From: a candidate division WOR-3 bacterium
GTDB lineage: Bacteria > Hydrothermota > Tepidihabitantia > SM23-42 > JAOAFX01
Assembly (NCBI GenBank): GCA_039802265.1
Contig: JBDRWI010000029.1
Location: forward strand, 1-28,012
Length of the DNA stretch: 28,012 nucleotides
Reading direction: 5' to 3'
A program made the position numbers and the translations under genes. Shown here in pieces: positions 1-7,378 of the stretch. Under the pieces are notes generated by a model. That model was not told the DNA's origin and made no database searches. It saw only the letters and a list, made by a program, of their open reading frames with translations. Position 1 is the first letter of the stretch, and each line of letters opens with the position of its first letter.

Positions 1-86
1 ACATCATACCTGATGAAGAGCATACCGAAGTCCGCCTTTGGTATCAAGACCATGTAATCCAGATAGTACATTTGAAAGTTATCTAA
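1..86 (+). CDS. C-terminal fragment of a putative transposase (IIPDEEHTEVRLWYQDHVIQIVHLKVI*)
   Basis: Open frame from nt 3 to TAA at 84-86, lying inside the predicted IS end. The pattern resembles C-termini of integrase-core transposases as I recall them; not searched. Confidence 0.55.
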   Translation, partial: IIPDEEHTEVRLWYQDHVIQIVHLKVI

Positions 87-94
87 AAATTAGG

Positions 95-141
95 GCTGGG
101 TGCGGGAGGTAAGAGCTATTTATCTGCGGCACCCAGCTTTT
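95..141 (+). terminator. Long imperfect hairpin plus T-tract downstream of the transposase fragment
   Basis: GCTGGGTGC (95-103) pairs with GCACCCAGC (129-137); inner AGGTAA (107-112) pairs with TTATCT (120-125); followed by TTTT. Confidence 0.65.
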
Positions 142-218
142 ATTCATCCCATTATCAATTCCATCCACAATCTTAAAATAAAATTTTTATTCAGTTCACT
201 TTTAATTTTGACTTAACA

Positions 219-440
219 CCCCTGTCCCCACTCCTTTTATCACAGGTACATTTATTGTAATCTCTTCAAGAGTTCCTCCGCTTTTCCCCTCTGGAATAAC
301 TATCACGCCTTCTTTAAATTTCGCAATAACCTCTCTATAGACATCCTCGGGATTTATTTGTCCCTCCACTCCAGGGTTAAAAATATAATCCCGATAACTA
401 CTCTGAGAATACTGGTTCCACATTCTGATAAATTGAACAT
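219..440 (-). pseudogene. 5' remnant of a secreted protein (possibly an S8 peptidase pro-region), frameshifted and IS-interrupted
   Basis: SD-like AAGGGGTG precedes ATG at 440, giving signal-like MFNLSECGTSILRVVIGIIF. A shift near the A5 run at 379-383 continues into NPGVEGQINPEDVYREVIAKFKEGVIVIPEGKSGG. The last residues of ORF 202-624 (LSQN*) come from the IS end. Confidence 0.55.
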
Positions 441-472
441 AATGCACCCCCTTGTATTTGTAAAAAAAATAG

Positions 473-810
473 CTATGGTTCAGGTCCAAAAGTGAGTTGC
501 CTTTTACCTGAGCCATCAGCCTTGATGATATATAATACCACATTTTCGTGTGGATTATATGGTTTGTCTGTCCAACCTGTGAAGACGAAGTAAGACCCAT
601 CGGGTGACCAACATGGACACCCACCCTCTTCTACAAGTATCTTTTTATTGCCCTCGGGGTCCATCGGAGAAATCCAGCATTCGATCTTTCCCAATCTACC
701 TACATCAAATGCAATTTTTGAACCATCGGGAGAAAAAAACTGGATACCCACAGCTTACCGAATTCCAAAATGTAAGCTGTTTTTTTTATTCATACTATTG
801 GTATCGGAAT
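473..810 (-). pseudogene. C-terminal remnant of a TolB-like/PD40 beta-propeller protein with two frameshifts
   Basis: FSPDGSKIAF and WSPDGSYFVF repeats, and IIKADGSGKRQLTF. Correcting A7 (733-739) and T8 (780-787) restores DTNSMNKKQLTFWNSVSCGYPVFSPDGS. No intact 5' part was found. Confidence 0.75.
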
Positions 811-1036
811 GCCCGGGCAGGATTATGAAGAAATTATTGAAGGTATAAAACTCTGCCGCGCCTCAGCGTCAATCCATATCACAGATCCATTATATCACAA
901 TGACCATTGTTATACATGGTATTATCAAAATAAAAATTCAGAGATATATTTAAAAATTAAAAAATTTTTATCAAATAAACGAGCTTATAAAGGCAATTGA
1001 TGTTAATTTTATTAATGCTAATATTGAATTTATGTC

Positions 1037-1064
1037 TTGCATTAAAATCTTAGATGTGTAAAAT
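1037..1064 (+). promoter_or_regulatory. sigma70-like promoter of truB (TTGCAT-16-TAAAAT)
   Basis: -35 at 1037-1042, -10 at 1059-1064; the GTG start lies 5 nt downstream with no SD. Confidence 0.6.
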
Positions 1065-1069
1065 TATCC

Positions 1070-1765
1070 GTGGAAGAGAACTTTAGCGGGATCATTCCTG
1101 TAAAAAAGCCAGTTGGGTTTACAACCTATGATTTAATAAGGATATTCAAAAAATCAACTGGGTTTAATGGAAAAATCGGTCATGGTGGGACCCTTGACCC
1201 ATTTGCAACCGGTGTTGTTCTTTTGCTCCTTGGTGAGGCAACAAAAAGGTTTGAAGAGATTAGAAACTGGAAGAAGGTTTATATTGCCGGTATCAGACTC
1301 GGAATCTCGTCAGATACCGGTGATATTGCGGGTGAAATAATGGTTTCTGAAAAATCTGATTTTAAAAATTTAAAAAAAACAGCAATTGAGGAAGTCTTAA
1401 AGGACTTTATCGGCGAAATTAAACAAAAGGTTCCTTCCTACTCGGCAGCAAAATTTGGGGGTACTCCCATGTATAAATTGGCAAGGAAGGGTGTATATGT
1501 TGAAAAAACAAGGATTGTAAAGATTTCGCACATTGAACTCTTGAACTTTAAAATCCCACTCCTTACAATAAAAGTGACCTGTCTTGGAGGGGTCTATATC
1601 CGGCAACTGGCAATGGATATAAGCGATAAAATTGGCTACCCCGGGCTATTATATTTTTTAGAGCGTAGTGAGGTAGGTAATTTTTCTATCAAAGACTGCT
1701 ATACGATTGAAGACTTTGAGAAATTACAGCTACCCGAGTTTCACTTTACCACCAGAATCTTCTGA
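1070..1765 (+). CDS. truB: tRNA pseudouridine(55) synthase TruB (short form, no PUA domain)
   Basis: KKPVGFTT, IGHGGTLDPFATGVVLL catalytic motif, PSYSAAKFGGTPMYKLARKG, GVYIRQLA. Confidence 0.95.
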   Translation: MEENFSGIIPVKKPVGFTTYDLIRIFKKSTGFNGKIGHGGTLDPFATGVVLLLLGEATKRFEEIRNWKKVYIAGIRLGISSDTGDIAGEIMVSEKSDFKNLKKTAIEEVLKDFIGEIKQKVPSYSAAKFGGTPMYKLARKGVYVEKTRIVKISHIELLNFKIPLLTIKVTCLGGVYIRQLAMDISDKIGYPGLLYFLERSEVGNFSIKDCYTIEDFEKLQLPEFHFTTRIF

Positions 1766-2790
1766 CTCTTTATCCCCTCATTGCCCGCAAAGACCAGGAA
1801 ATAGACATTAGGTTTGAGAGCGGAAAGATTTAAGGTACTATTATAAACCCCGGGTTCTAAAATTCCATCCGCGAGGCACATTATCTCTTTTCCTGCAATA
1901 TCATAAAGAACCAATCGAATAGGTTGCGCCATAGAAACTGAATAACACAGCCGGGCTTTATTAGTAGCTATGTTGGGCAAAATCGCAAAATCAGGTATTC
2001 TGTGGGCAGGTCTTTTTTTAATATCGTCCTCAATAATTCCGGTAAGATAGAAATTGAAATTGGTGAGCGGTTTGAGCGAATGTAATGCCCCGGTCAACTG
2101 ACTATCAGGCAAGAAACCCGAGGCAATGACTTTAATCCAGAAAGAAACAGGAAGCAGACTGTCAAAGGAATAATATCCCTCACTATTGGTATAGGTAATG
2201 CAGGAATCATAAAAGGGATGTTCGGTATAAATCCAGATTTCACTATAGGCAATCATCTGGGCATTGGGAAGAGGTAAGCCATTTCCCAACACATATCCTG
2301 AAACCTGGCATCCTGAATAATCATCATTGGAATCTCCAAAGGTAGGTGTGTAGTCAATGTACCAATCTTCAATATACATCATATCTACGCCCTGGTTTAC
2401 ATTGCAGTAGAATTTTGCTGCGGAAGCCCCGGCCGGTGGGGCAGGCACAAAATGGCAGTTGCTGTCAACAGGGTAGCGCACCGAATCTTCAGGAATTGTT
2501 AAGATTCTAATAAAACCGGTGTCTGAAGGTAGATAATACGGTCCGCTAAGGACCGAGGTATCAATTACCACATAACTGCTGTCTTGCATATAAATCTCCG
2601 TATCTATAATTGCGACACCTGCTGGTGTAATCACCGAGTCATTCAACAACGGAAAGTTAGAACCCATTGGATAGGTAAGGTGGAGTTCAAATCGCTGATT
2701 ATCATCGGTCTGGAATTCATTGAGCACCTTTACCACATATGGATTGGCAAAAAGAACCAAGGGCAGCACACCGAAGAGAAATAAAGCCAT
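1741..2790 (-). CDS. Secreted protein with carboxypeptidase-regulatory-like domain and T9SS type A C-terminal sorting domain
   Basis: AGGAGG SD; hydrophobic N-terminus; VSGYVLGNGLPLPNA...TNSEGYYSFDSL; C-terminus PN...LYDIAGKEI...LKPNVYFL...KILVVK. Confidence 0.8.
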   Translation of the reverse strand: MALFLFGVLPLVLFANPYVVKVLNEFQTDDNQRFELHLTYPMGSNFPLLNDSVITPAGVAIIDTEIYMQDSSYVVIDTSVLSGPYYLPSDTGFIRILTIPEDSVRYPVDSNCHFVPAPPAGASAAKFYCNVNQGVDMMYIEDWYIDYTPTFGDSNDDYSGCQVSGYVLGNGLPLPNAQMIAYSEIWIYTEHPFYDSCITYTNSEGYYSFDSLLPVSFWIKVIASGFLPDSQLTGALHSLKPLTNFNFYLTGIIEDDIKKRPAHRIPDFAILPNIATNKARLCYSVSMAQPIRLVLYDIAGKEIMCLADGILEPGVYNSTLNLSALKPNVYFLVFAGNEGIKSQKILVVK

Positions 2791-2809
2791 ACCTCCTCCT
2801 TATACTATA

Positions 2810-2837
2810 ATTTTATGTATCTATAAAACTTTGTCAA
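2810..2837 (-). promoter_or_regulatory. sigma70-like promoter (TTGACA-16-TAAAAT)
   Basis: -35 at 2837-2832, -10 at 2815-2810, upstream of the SD and ATG at 2790. Confidence 0.75.
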
Positions 2838-3431
2838 TCACCATTTTATTATTAAATCTTCTTCTGGACAGAAGTCCTTTTTATCTATTATATAAAATAC
2901 CTTTTTAAAAGAATGATACTTTGAAACTATGGGGTAATTTACCTCCGCTTTTAAAGTTTCTGGAAGGATAATAAGAAAGTGGGCATATTTTATTGGCTTT
3001 TTCCACATCTTCGTTGTGGTAGTAATGTAGCGGAATGTGTTCTTTTGCAGTTTTTGACAATAGATAATTTTAAAAAAATTTTCCTTTTTTGCCTCCATTT
3101 TCATTGTGAAATAAATTCCATTTGTATCACGCTCATAAGGAAAGTCAAGCAAAATCATATCCGGAAAAAGATGCAAAGAATCAACGGGAAATGGATAGAA
3201 GAATTTAACCCTCTTTTTATTGTTGGTCAAATTCTTGAAAAAATATTCGCCAGTTACTGTTGCCCGGTTATTTTCAATCTCAATTCTAATATCCTCTTTA
3301 TAAAAATCAATCTCTGTGGACCGAAAGCATTCTATGCATATTAAAAGACAAAATCCAAAGAATTTTACTTTAGACAATTTGTTATCATTCAGTGTTTTCC
3401 AAAACCTTTTATTCTTAATAGCAAAAATCAT
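2838..3431 (-). CDS. Hypothetical exported protein, DUF4424-like
   Basis: 197 aa ORF with its own promoter; EDIRIEI...VTGEYFFKN...FYPFP and FRYITTTTKMWKKPI resemble DUF4424. Start codon uncertain. Confidence 0.6.
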   Translation of the reverse strand: MIFAIKNKRFWKTLNDNKLSKVKFFGFCLLICIECFRSTEIDFYKEDIRIEIENNRATVTGEYFFKNLTNNKKRVKFFYPFPVDSLHLFPDMILLDFPYERDTNGIYFTMKMEAKKENFFKIIYCQKLQKNTFRYITTTTKMWKKPIKYAHFLIILPETLKAEVNYPIVSKYHSFKKVFYIIDKKDFCPEEDLIIKW

Positions 3432-3442
3432 ACACTAACACT

Positions 3443-3470
3443 ATTATATCCATAATTTGCATTCTGTCAA
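3443..3470 (-). promoter_or_regulatory. sigma70-like promoter (TTGACA-16-TATAAT)
   Basis: Perfect consensus hexamers at 3470-3465 and 3448-3443. Confidence 0.8.
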
Positions 3471-3699
3471 ACCCAGCCGACCAAATAGGATGGAAACTGC
3501 TCGGAATATCAGATAGCAAACCGCACAATAAATTTTTAGCTTTCTTTGTTTCTTAAGAAACAGAGAAAGGACATAATCTTCGGACGCAATGACAGAATTT
3601 TTCAAATTCCTATAGAAGGCCATCAAATAGGGGGACTATGGGTAAATATTGGGAGAAGTGCTAAATAAAGTTTTTACGGATTAACTCCAATATCTTTAT

Positions 3700-3722
3700 G
3701 CAAGGCTAAAGCCTTGCCCTAC
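3700..3722 (-). repeat. GTAG-type REP-like palindrome (GTAGG-GCAAGGCT-TT-AGCCTTGC)
   Basis: GTAG tetranucleotide followed by an 8-bp perfect stem, intergenic, downstream of hdrA; a single copy in the window. Confidence 0.65.
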
Positions 3723-3789
3723 AATCTCTGGAAAAAACTTACACATTGTATTTCTGCTGAATAGATTTAAATAAGATAGGAGGCAAAAA

Positions 3790-5904
3790 CTATATCTGGT
3801 TCATTTCATCAAGAATCGCCGCCAACTTCCTTGCCTCATCCTTACCAATCCACTCAAGTCGGAACCGGTCTTTTGATAATCCGAGTAGACTCATTGTTTC
3901 TTTTAAGATCTGTTCCCTTGTTTTTGCCCGGAAATTCCCTTTCGCATAGTGGCAGGCGTCAGGATAACAACCGCCAACCAATATACCTTTGGCGCCTAAA
4001 TTGAGAGCCTGAATAATATGACTCGGCTCCACTGCACCACTACAGGGAACTCTTAGAATCTTTACATTCTCAGGATAATGCAGGTTATTATATGCCGCCC
4101 TCTCGGTGGCGTTGTATGCCGACCATTTGCAGAGAAAGGCAAGTATGTCTCCGGCATTTGTTGATTCTTTAATCCATTCAGAAATTTCTTGAGTGGTAAA
4201 TTTCTCGAGCCTGCTCGCTGCAGCCGGACAGGCACTGGCACAAACTCCGCAACCCATACATAAATCCTGGCGAATCTTTATCCTCTCATTCTCGATCATA
4301 ATTGCATTGTACGGACAGGTGCTGATACATGTTCTACAAACACTGCAATAGTCTTCATTTACATAGGCAACGGGCTGGGTTGATTCAAGGATGTCCTTTT
4401 GCAGAAGATTGATTATTGAATATGCACACTTTCTGGCATCAACAAGCGTTTCCGCAACACCGGCCGGAAAGTTGGCTGAGCCGGCAAAGAATATTCCCCG
4501 AGGCATCTGGAGATTCCCCAACTTACCATTCTCAAATAAAGTAGGGAAATTACCTTCGGTTTTTATCCCGAGCATATTTAATGTTTCCTGGTCCGGGACA
4601 AATCCACCACTTAATACAACTGTATCGGCATCAATCTCAAGGAGTTCGTTCGTGTAGAGGTCTTCAACCCTTACTATTAGACTTCCATCACGCCTTATCA
4701 CTTCAGACGGCTTACCCTTGATAAATGAAATACCAAGTTCACGCAGGGTAGTATAAAAGTATTCAAAGTTCCCATAACTGCGCATATCCATTGCGCAGAC
4801 AAAAATCTCCGTTTGAGGATAGCGGTCCTTGACGAGTTTTGCCTCTTTTAATGCCAGAAAACAGCAGACACGCGAGCAATAAGGAAGATGGGCATTATCA
4901 CGGGAACCAGCGCAGCATATTATAACTACCTTTTTCGGAACCAGTCCCCCATCCGCAATCTGCCTTTCAAATTCCAGTGTATTTAGCACACCCGGATATC
5001 TTCCATAACCGTATTCCTCTACTTTTGTCAAATCATAAAACTTCAATCCTGTTGCCACCGCGATTGCTCCGGTCGCTATTTCTGTTATCTTTTCTTTTTC
5101 ATTAAGGTCAATCTTTTTCGGACATACCTTTACACATTCTCCGCATTTTGTGCAGGTATTGAAGTCAATGGCATAGATATATGGATATGTATTTATCGTA
5201 TAAATCGCCTTCCTTATTCTTCCGTTATCCATCACACTCACCGGACAAACCAAAACACATTTGCCACAATTGTTACATTCCAGAACCCCACGCGGTTTGA
5301 TTTTCAACTGGATCTGATAATCTCCAATTTCGCCTTTTATTCCGTTTATCTCACCATTCACGAAGATTTCAATATTTCTATTCTTTATCAAACTCGAAAT
5401 AAGTGGTAATACCGTATGGCTCCAAGGCGTTCCTTCAGGATAGAGTCTATCAAGTTTTGCCACGGTTCCACCTAAAAATGGTTCTCTTTCAATCAAATAT
5501 GTCTTTATACCTCCACTGGTTAGTGCCTTTGCCAGGTCAAGACCACCAACACCTGAGCCGATGACAACCACTGATTTTTGCTTAATTGGAAAAGACTTCT
5601 TTTTGACCCCTGGACCTGCCTTTGCCTTGGCAATTGCTGCCCTTAACAATTCCTTTGCCTTTTCCGTTGAGTGTTTCATTAAAAATATATGGTCTTTTAA
5701 ATTCACAAACTCGGCATCAATTTCCGGGAATAGTCCCTCCATCAAAGAAGGTGTGCAGCCGGCAATTACCACCTTTTCTTCAGGATCAATTTTAACAACT
5801 TCTTTACACAAATCATTATACCATTCAATCCTCACATCTGGTCCAAAATCCAAATCAGGAATACTTATCAGACCATTGCAATGGCAAAGAATCAATCTCA
5901 TCAT
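3790..5904 (-). CDS. hdrA: Heterodisulfide reductase subunit A fused to a C-terminal MvhD/FlpD domain
   Basis: VIGSGVGG FAD motif, EREPFLGG, inserted and C-terminal 2x[4Fe-4S] ferredoxin domains, LEFER, CAGSR...YCSRVCC; MvhD motifs RVPCSG and GGCYPDACHYAKGN. Confidence 0.93.
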   Translation of the reverse strand: MMRLILCHCNGLISIPDLDFGPDVRIEWYNDLCKEVVKIDPEEKVVIAGCTPSLMEGLFPEIDAEFVNLKDHIFLMKHSTEKAKELLRAAIAKAKAGPGVKKKSFPIKQKSVVVIGSGVGGLDLAKALTSGGIKTYLIEREPFLGGTVAKLDRLYPEGTPWSHTVLPLISSLIKNRNIEIFVNGEINGIKGEIGDYQIQLKIKPRGVLECNNCGKCVLVCPVSVMDNGRIRKAIYTINTYPYIYAIDFNTCTKCGECVKVCPKKIDLNEKEKITEIATGAIAVATGLKFYDLTKVEEYGYGRYPGVLNTLEFERQIADGGLVPKKVVIICCAGSRDNAHLPYCSRVCCFLALKEAKLVKDRYPQTEIFVCAMDMRSYGNFEYFYTTLRELGISFIKGKPSEVIRRDGSLIVRVEDLYTNELLEIDADTVVLSGGFVPDQETLNMLGIKTEGNFPTLFENGKLGNLQMPRGIFFAGSANFPAGVAETLVDARKCAYSIINLLQKDILESTQPVAYVNEDYCSVCRTCISTCPYNAIMIENERIKIRQDLCMGCGVCASACPAAASRLEKFTTQEISEWIKESTNAGDILAFLCKWSAYNATERAAYNNLHYPENVKILRVPCSGAVEPSHIIQALNLGAKGILVGGCYPDACHYAKGNFRAKTREQILKETMSLLGLSKDRFRLEWIGKDEARKLAAILDEMNQI

Positions 5905-5914
5905 ACACTCCTTT

Positions 5915-6769
5915 TTACAATTTTGAAATAATACTATCTGGTTTTATCCGATTGAATTTTAATCCACAGGCATCCGGTGTGAGCCCGAGCCCCAAGCCAA
6001 GTAGTTGTGGATAATAAAGAACTGGTAAATTATAGGTGGTGTTGAACTTCGCCTCCACCTTTCTCTGATTATCCTCATACATTACAGTACAGAAGGGGCA
6101 GATTGAAATCATTCCATCCGCATTATGGTCTCTTGCCATCAATAGTTTCTGATTTGCCATCTTCAGCGCCAGTTCCTCATCAATACCCAGTACCGAACCA
6201 CCACAACATAACTTCTTCTCCTGATATTCTATCACTGTAGCGCCGGTAAGTCCCACAAGTTCATCAAGGGTACGGGGATTTTCTACATTATCAAATGCAT
6301 GAAGATAAGAAGGCCTGAGATAGTGGCACCCATAATGTGATATTATCCTTAAATTTTTCAGCGGTTTTTTTATTGCCTTTTTAAGATTCTCAACGCCAAT
6401 GTCTTCATAGAGAATACGAACAAAATGGCGGACTTTTATCTCATTGGGATATGCAAAACCCAATTCGGTAAATTTTCTATGAAATTCATTCTCCTTTAAT
6501 TTTAACTGGGCATCAGAGAGCATTGCGGTGCAGGAATTGCAGAGGGTGACAACATCCAATCCGAGTTTACTTGCCAGTCCAACATTGCGCGCCGCCATCA
6601 AAAGTGAAGTTTCTGTATCAAGTGCCTTCAAAGGAAAACCACAACAGGAGCCTTCTTTTAAATCCACAAACTCAATTCCCAGTTCCTTTGCTACATTACG
6701 AGTAGCCAGTTCATAATGTTGTGCCCGAACCGGAACGGTACATCCAAGAAATAATGCATATCTCTTCAT
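5915..6769 (-). CDS. hdrB: Heterodisulfide reductase subunit B
   Basis: Two CCG domains: FLGC...SCCGFP...LCNSC and HYGCH...LCCGGS...ICPFC. Confidence 0.93.
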   Translation of the reverse strand: MKRYALFLGCTVPVRAQHYELATRNVAKELGIEFVDLKEGSCCGFPLKALDTETSLLMAARNVGLASKLGLDVVTLCNSCTAMLSDAQLKLKENEFHRKFTELGFAYPNEIKVRHFVRILYEDIGVENLKKAIKKPLKNLRIISHYGCHYLRPSYLHAFDNVENPRTLDELVGLTGATVIEYQEKKLCCGGSVLGIDEELALKMANQKLLMARDHNADGMISICPFCTVMYEDNQRKVEAKFNTTYNLPVLYYPQLLGLGLGLTPDACGLKFNRIKPDSIISKL

Positions 6770-7257
6770 TGTGCAATCCTTTCTCTAATTTTCGTAAATT
6801 CAATAATCCTTGATACATCCGAAATCCTTTTTGCGATATCGGGTAGTCCCAGCCGCTGTCTCTTTTTCAAATCAAAGTCTTCAAGTTCATACAGCCGACC
6901 CGAATTATTAAGCAGGTTAAGTTGTATTTTAAGCCCTTCCGGACAATAGCCCTGTTTTACAGCATAATTTTTTATTGCATTTATAACCTCGGCAACGCGG
7001 ATACCCTGAGGGCATCTCTCCGTGCAAGAGTGACAATGGGCGCAAAGCCACAAAAAAGGTGAAGAAAGCACTTCCTTTTTCATACCCAGAAGTGTCAGCC
7101 TTATGATTTTTCTCGGATTGTACCTCTCATCCAGATAGCGCACCGGACAGCTTGCCGAACAGTCACTGCAACCAAAACATCTTACCAGACCCGCACCGCC
7201 TTCCTGTTTGATAATCTCCCATTTAAAATTATAATCCGCATTCTTTAATTCAATCAT
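6766..7257 (-). CDS. hdrC: Heterodisulfide reductase subunit C
   Basis: CFGCSDCSASCP and WLCAHCHSCTERCPQG; GGAGG SD; overlaps the hdrB start. Confidence 0.92.
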   Translation of the reverse strand: MIELKNADYNFKWEIIKQEGGAGLVRCFGCSDCSASCPVRYLDERYNPRKIIRLTLLGMKKEVLSSPFLWLCAHCHSCTERCPQGIRVAEVINAIKNYAVKQGYCPEGLKIQLNLLNNSGRLYELEDFDLKKRQRLGLPDIAKRISDVSRIIEFTKIRERIAQ

Positions 7258-7278
7258 TATACCTCCGTAAGCCTTCTG

Positions 7279-7306
7279 ATTATATTTAAAATTCTAAGAA
7301 AATCAA
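7279..7306 (-). promoter_or_regulatory. sigma70-like promoter of hdrCBA (TTGATT-16-TATAAT)
   Basis: -35 at 7306-7301, -10 at 7284-7279. Confidence 0.7.
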
Positions 7307-7328
7307 GATGCCGATTTAAACCGGAGAC

Positions 7329-7356
7329 TTGAAATTTTGAAATTCTTGATTATAAT
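7329..7356 (+). promoter_or_regulatory. sigma70-like promoter of trpB2 (TTGAAA-16-TATAAT)
   Basis: -35 at 7329-7334, -10 at 7351-7356; back-to-back with the hdr promoter. Confidence 0.7.
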
Positions 7357-7378
7357 ATTGCCCAAAAAGGAGACCGTG

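Larger units (their letters stand above)
1..218 (+). mobile_element. Right end of an insertion sequence (TGT...ACA termini, IS481/ISNCY-like), truncated by the window start
   Basis: Ends ...GTTCACTTTTAATTTTGACTTAACA at 218. Its reverse complement TGTTAAGTCAAAAT matches 13/14 with TGTCAAGTCAAAAT at 27975, with weaker similarity out to about 35 nt. It contains an ORF end and hairpin, and abruptly cuts the minus-strand gene at 219. Confidence 0.75.

Noticed and set aside
202..624. 140-aa ORF as a real gene
   Set aside because: It is a chimera of an alternative frame of the PD40 remnant, the frameshifted secreted gene and four IS-derived codons.
604..1000. Short plus-strand ORFs 604-828, 648-848 and 809-1000
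   Set aside because: Antisense to the PD40 remnant or in AT-rich intergenic DNA, with no recognisable motifs.
3444..3626. 60-aa ORF and a GTCATTGCG REP-like fragment near 3585-3593
   Set aside because: The ORF runs through the promoter of the next gene and has no motif; the fragment has no partner arm.
3790..7257. Selenocysteine recoding in hdrA/mvhD
   Set aside because: No in-frame TGA; all three ORFs are continuous.
7258..7378. Rex or other operator between hdrC and trpB2
   Set aside because: No TTGTGAA-N4-TTCACAA. The AATCAAGA/TCTTGATT inverted pair overlaps promoter elements and is weak in AT-rich DNA.
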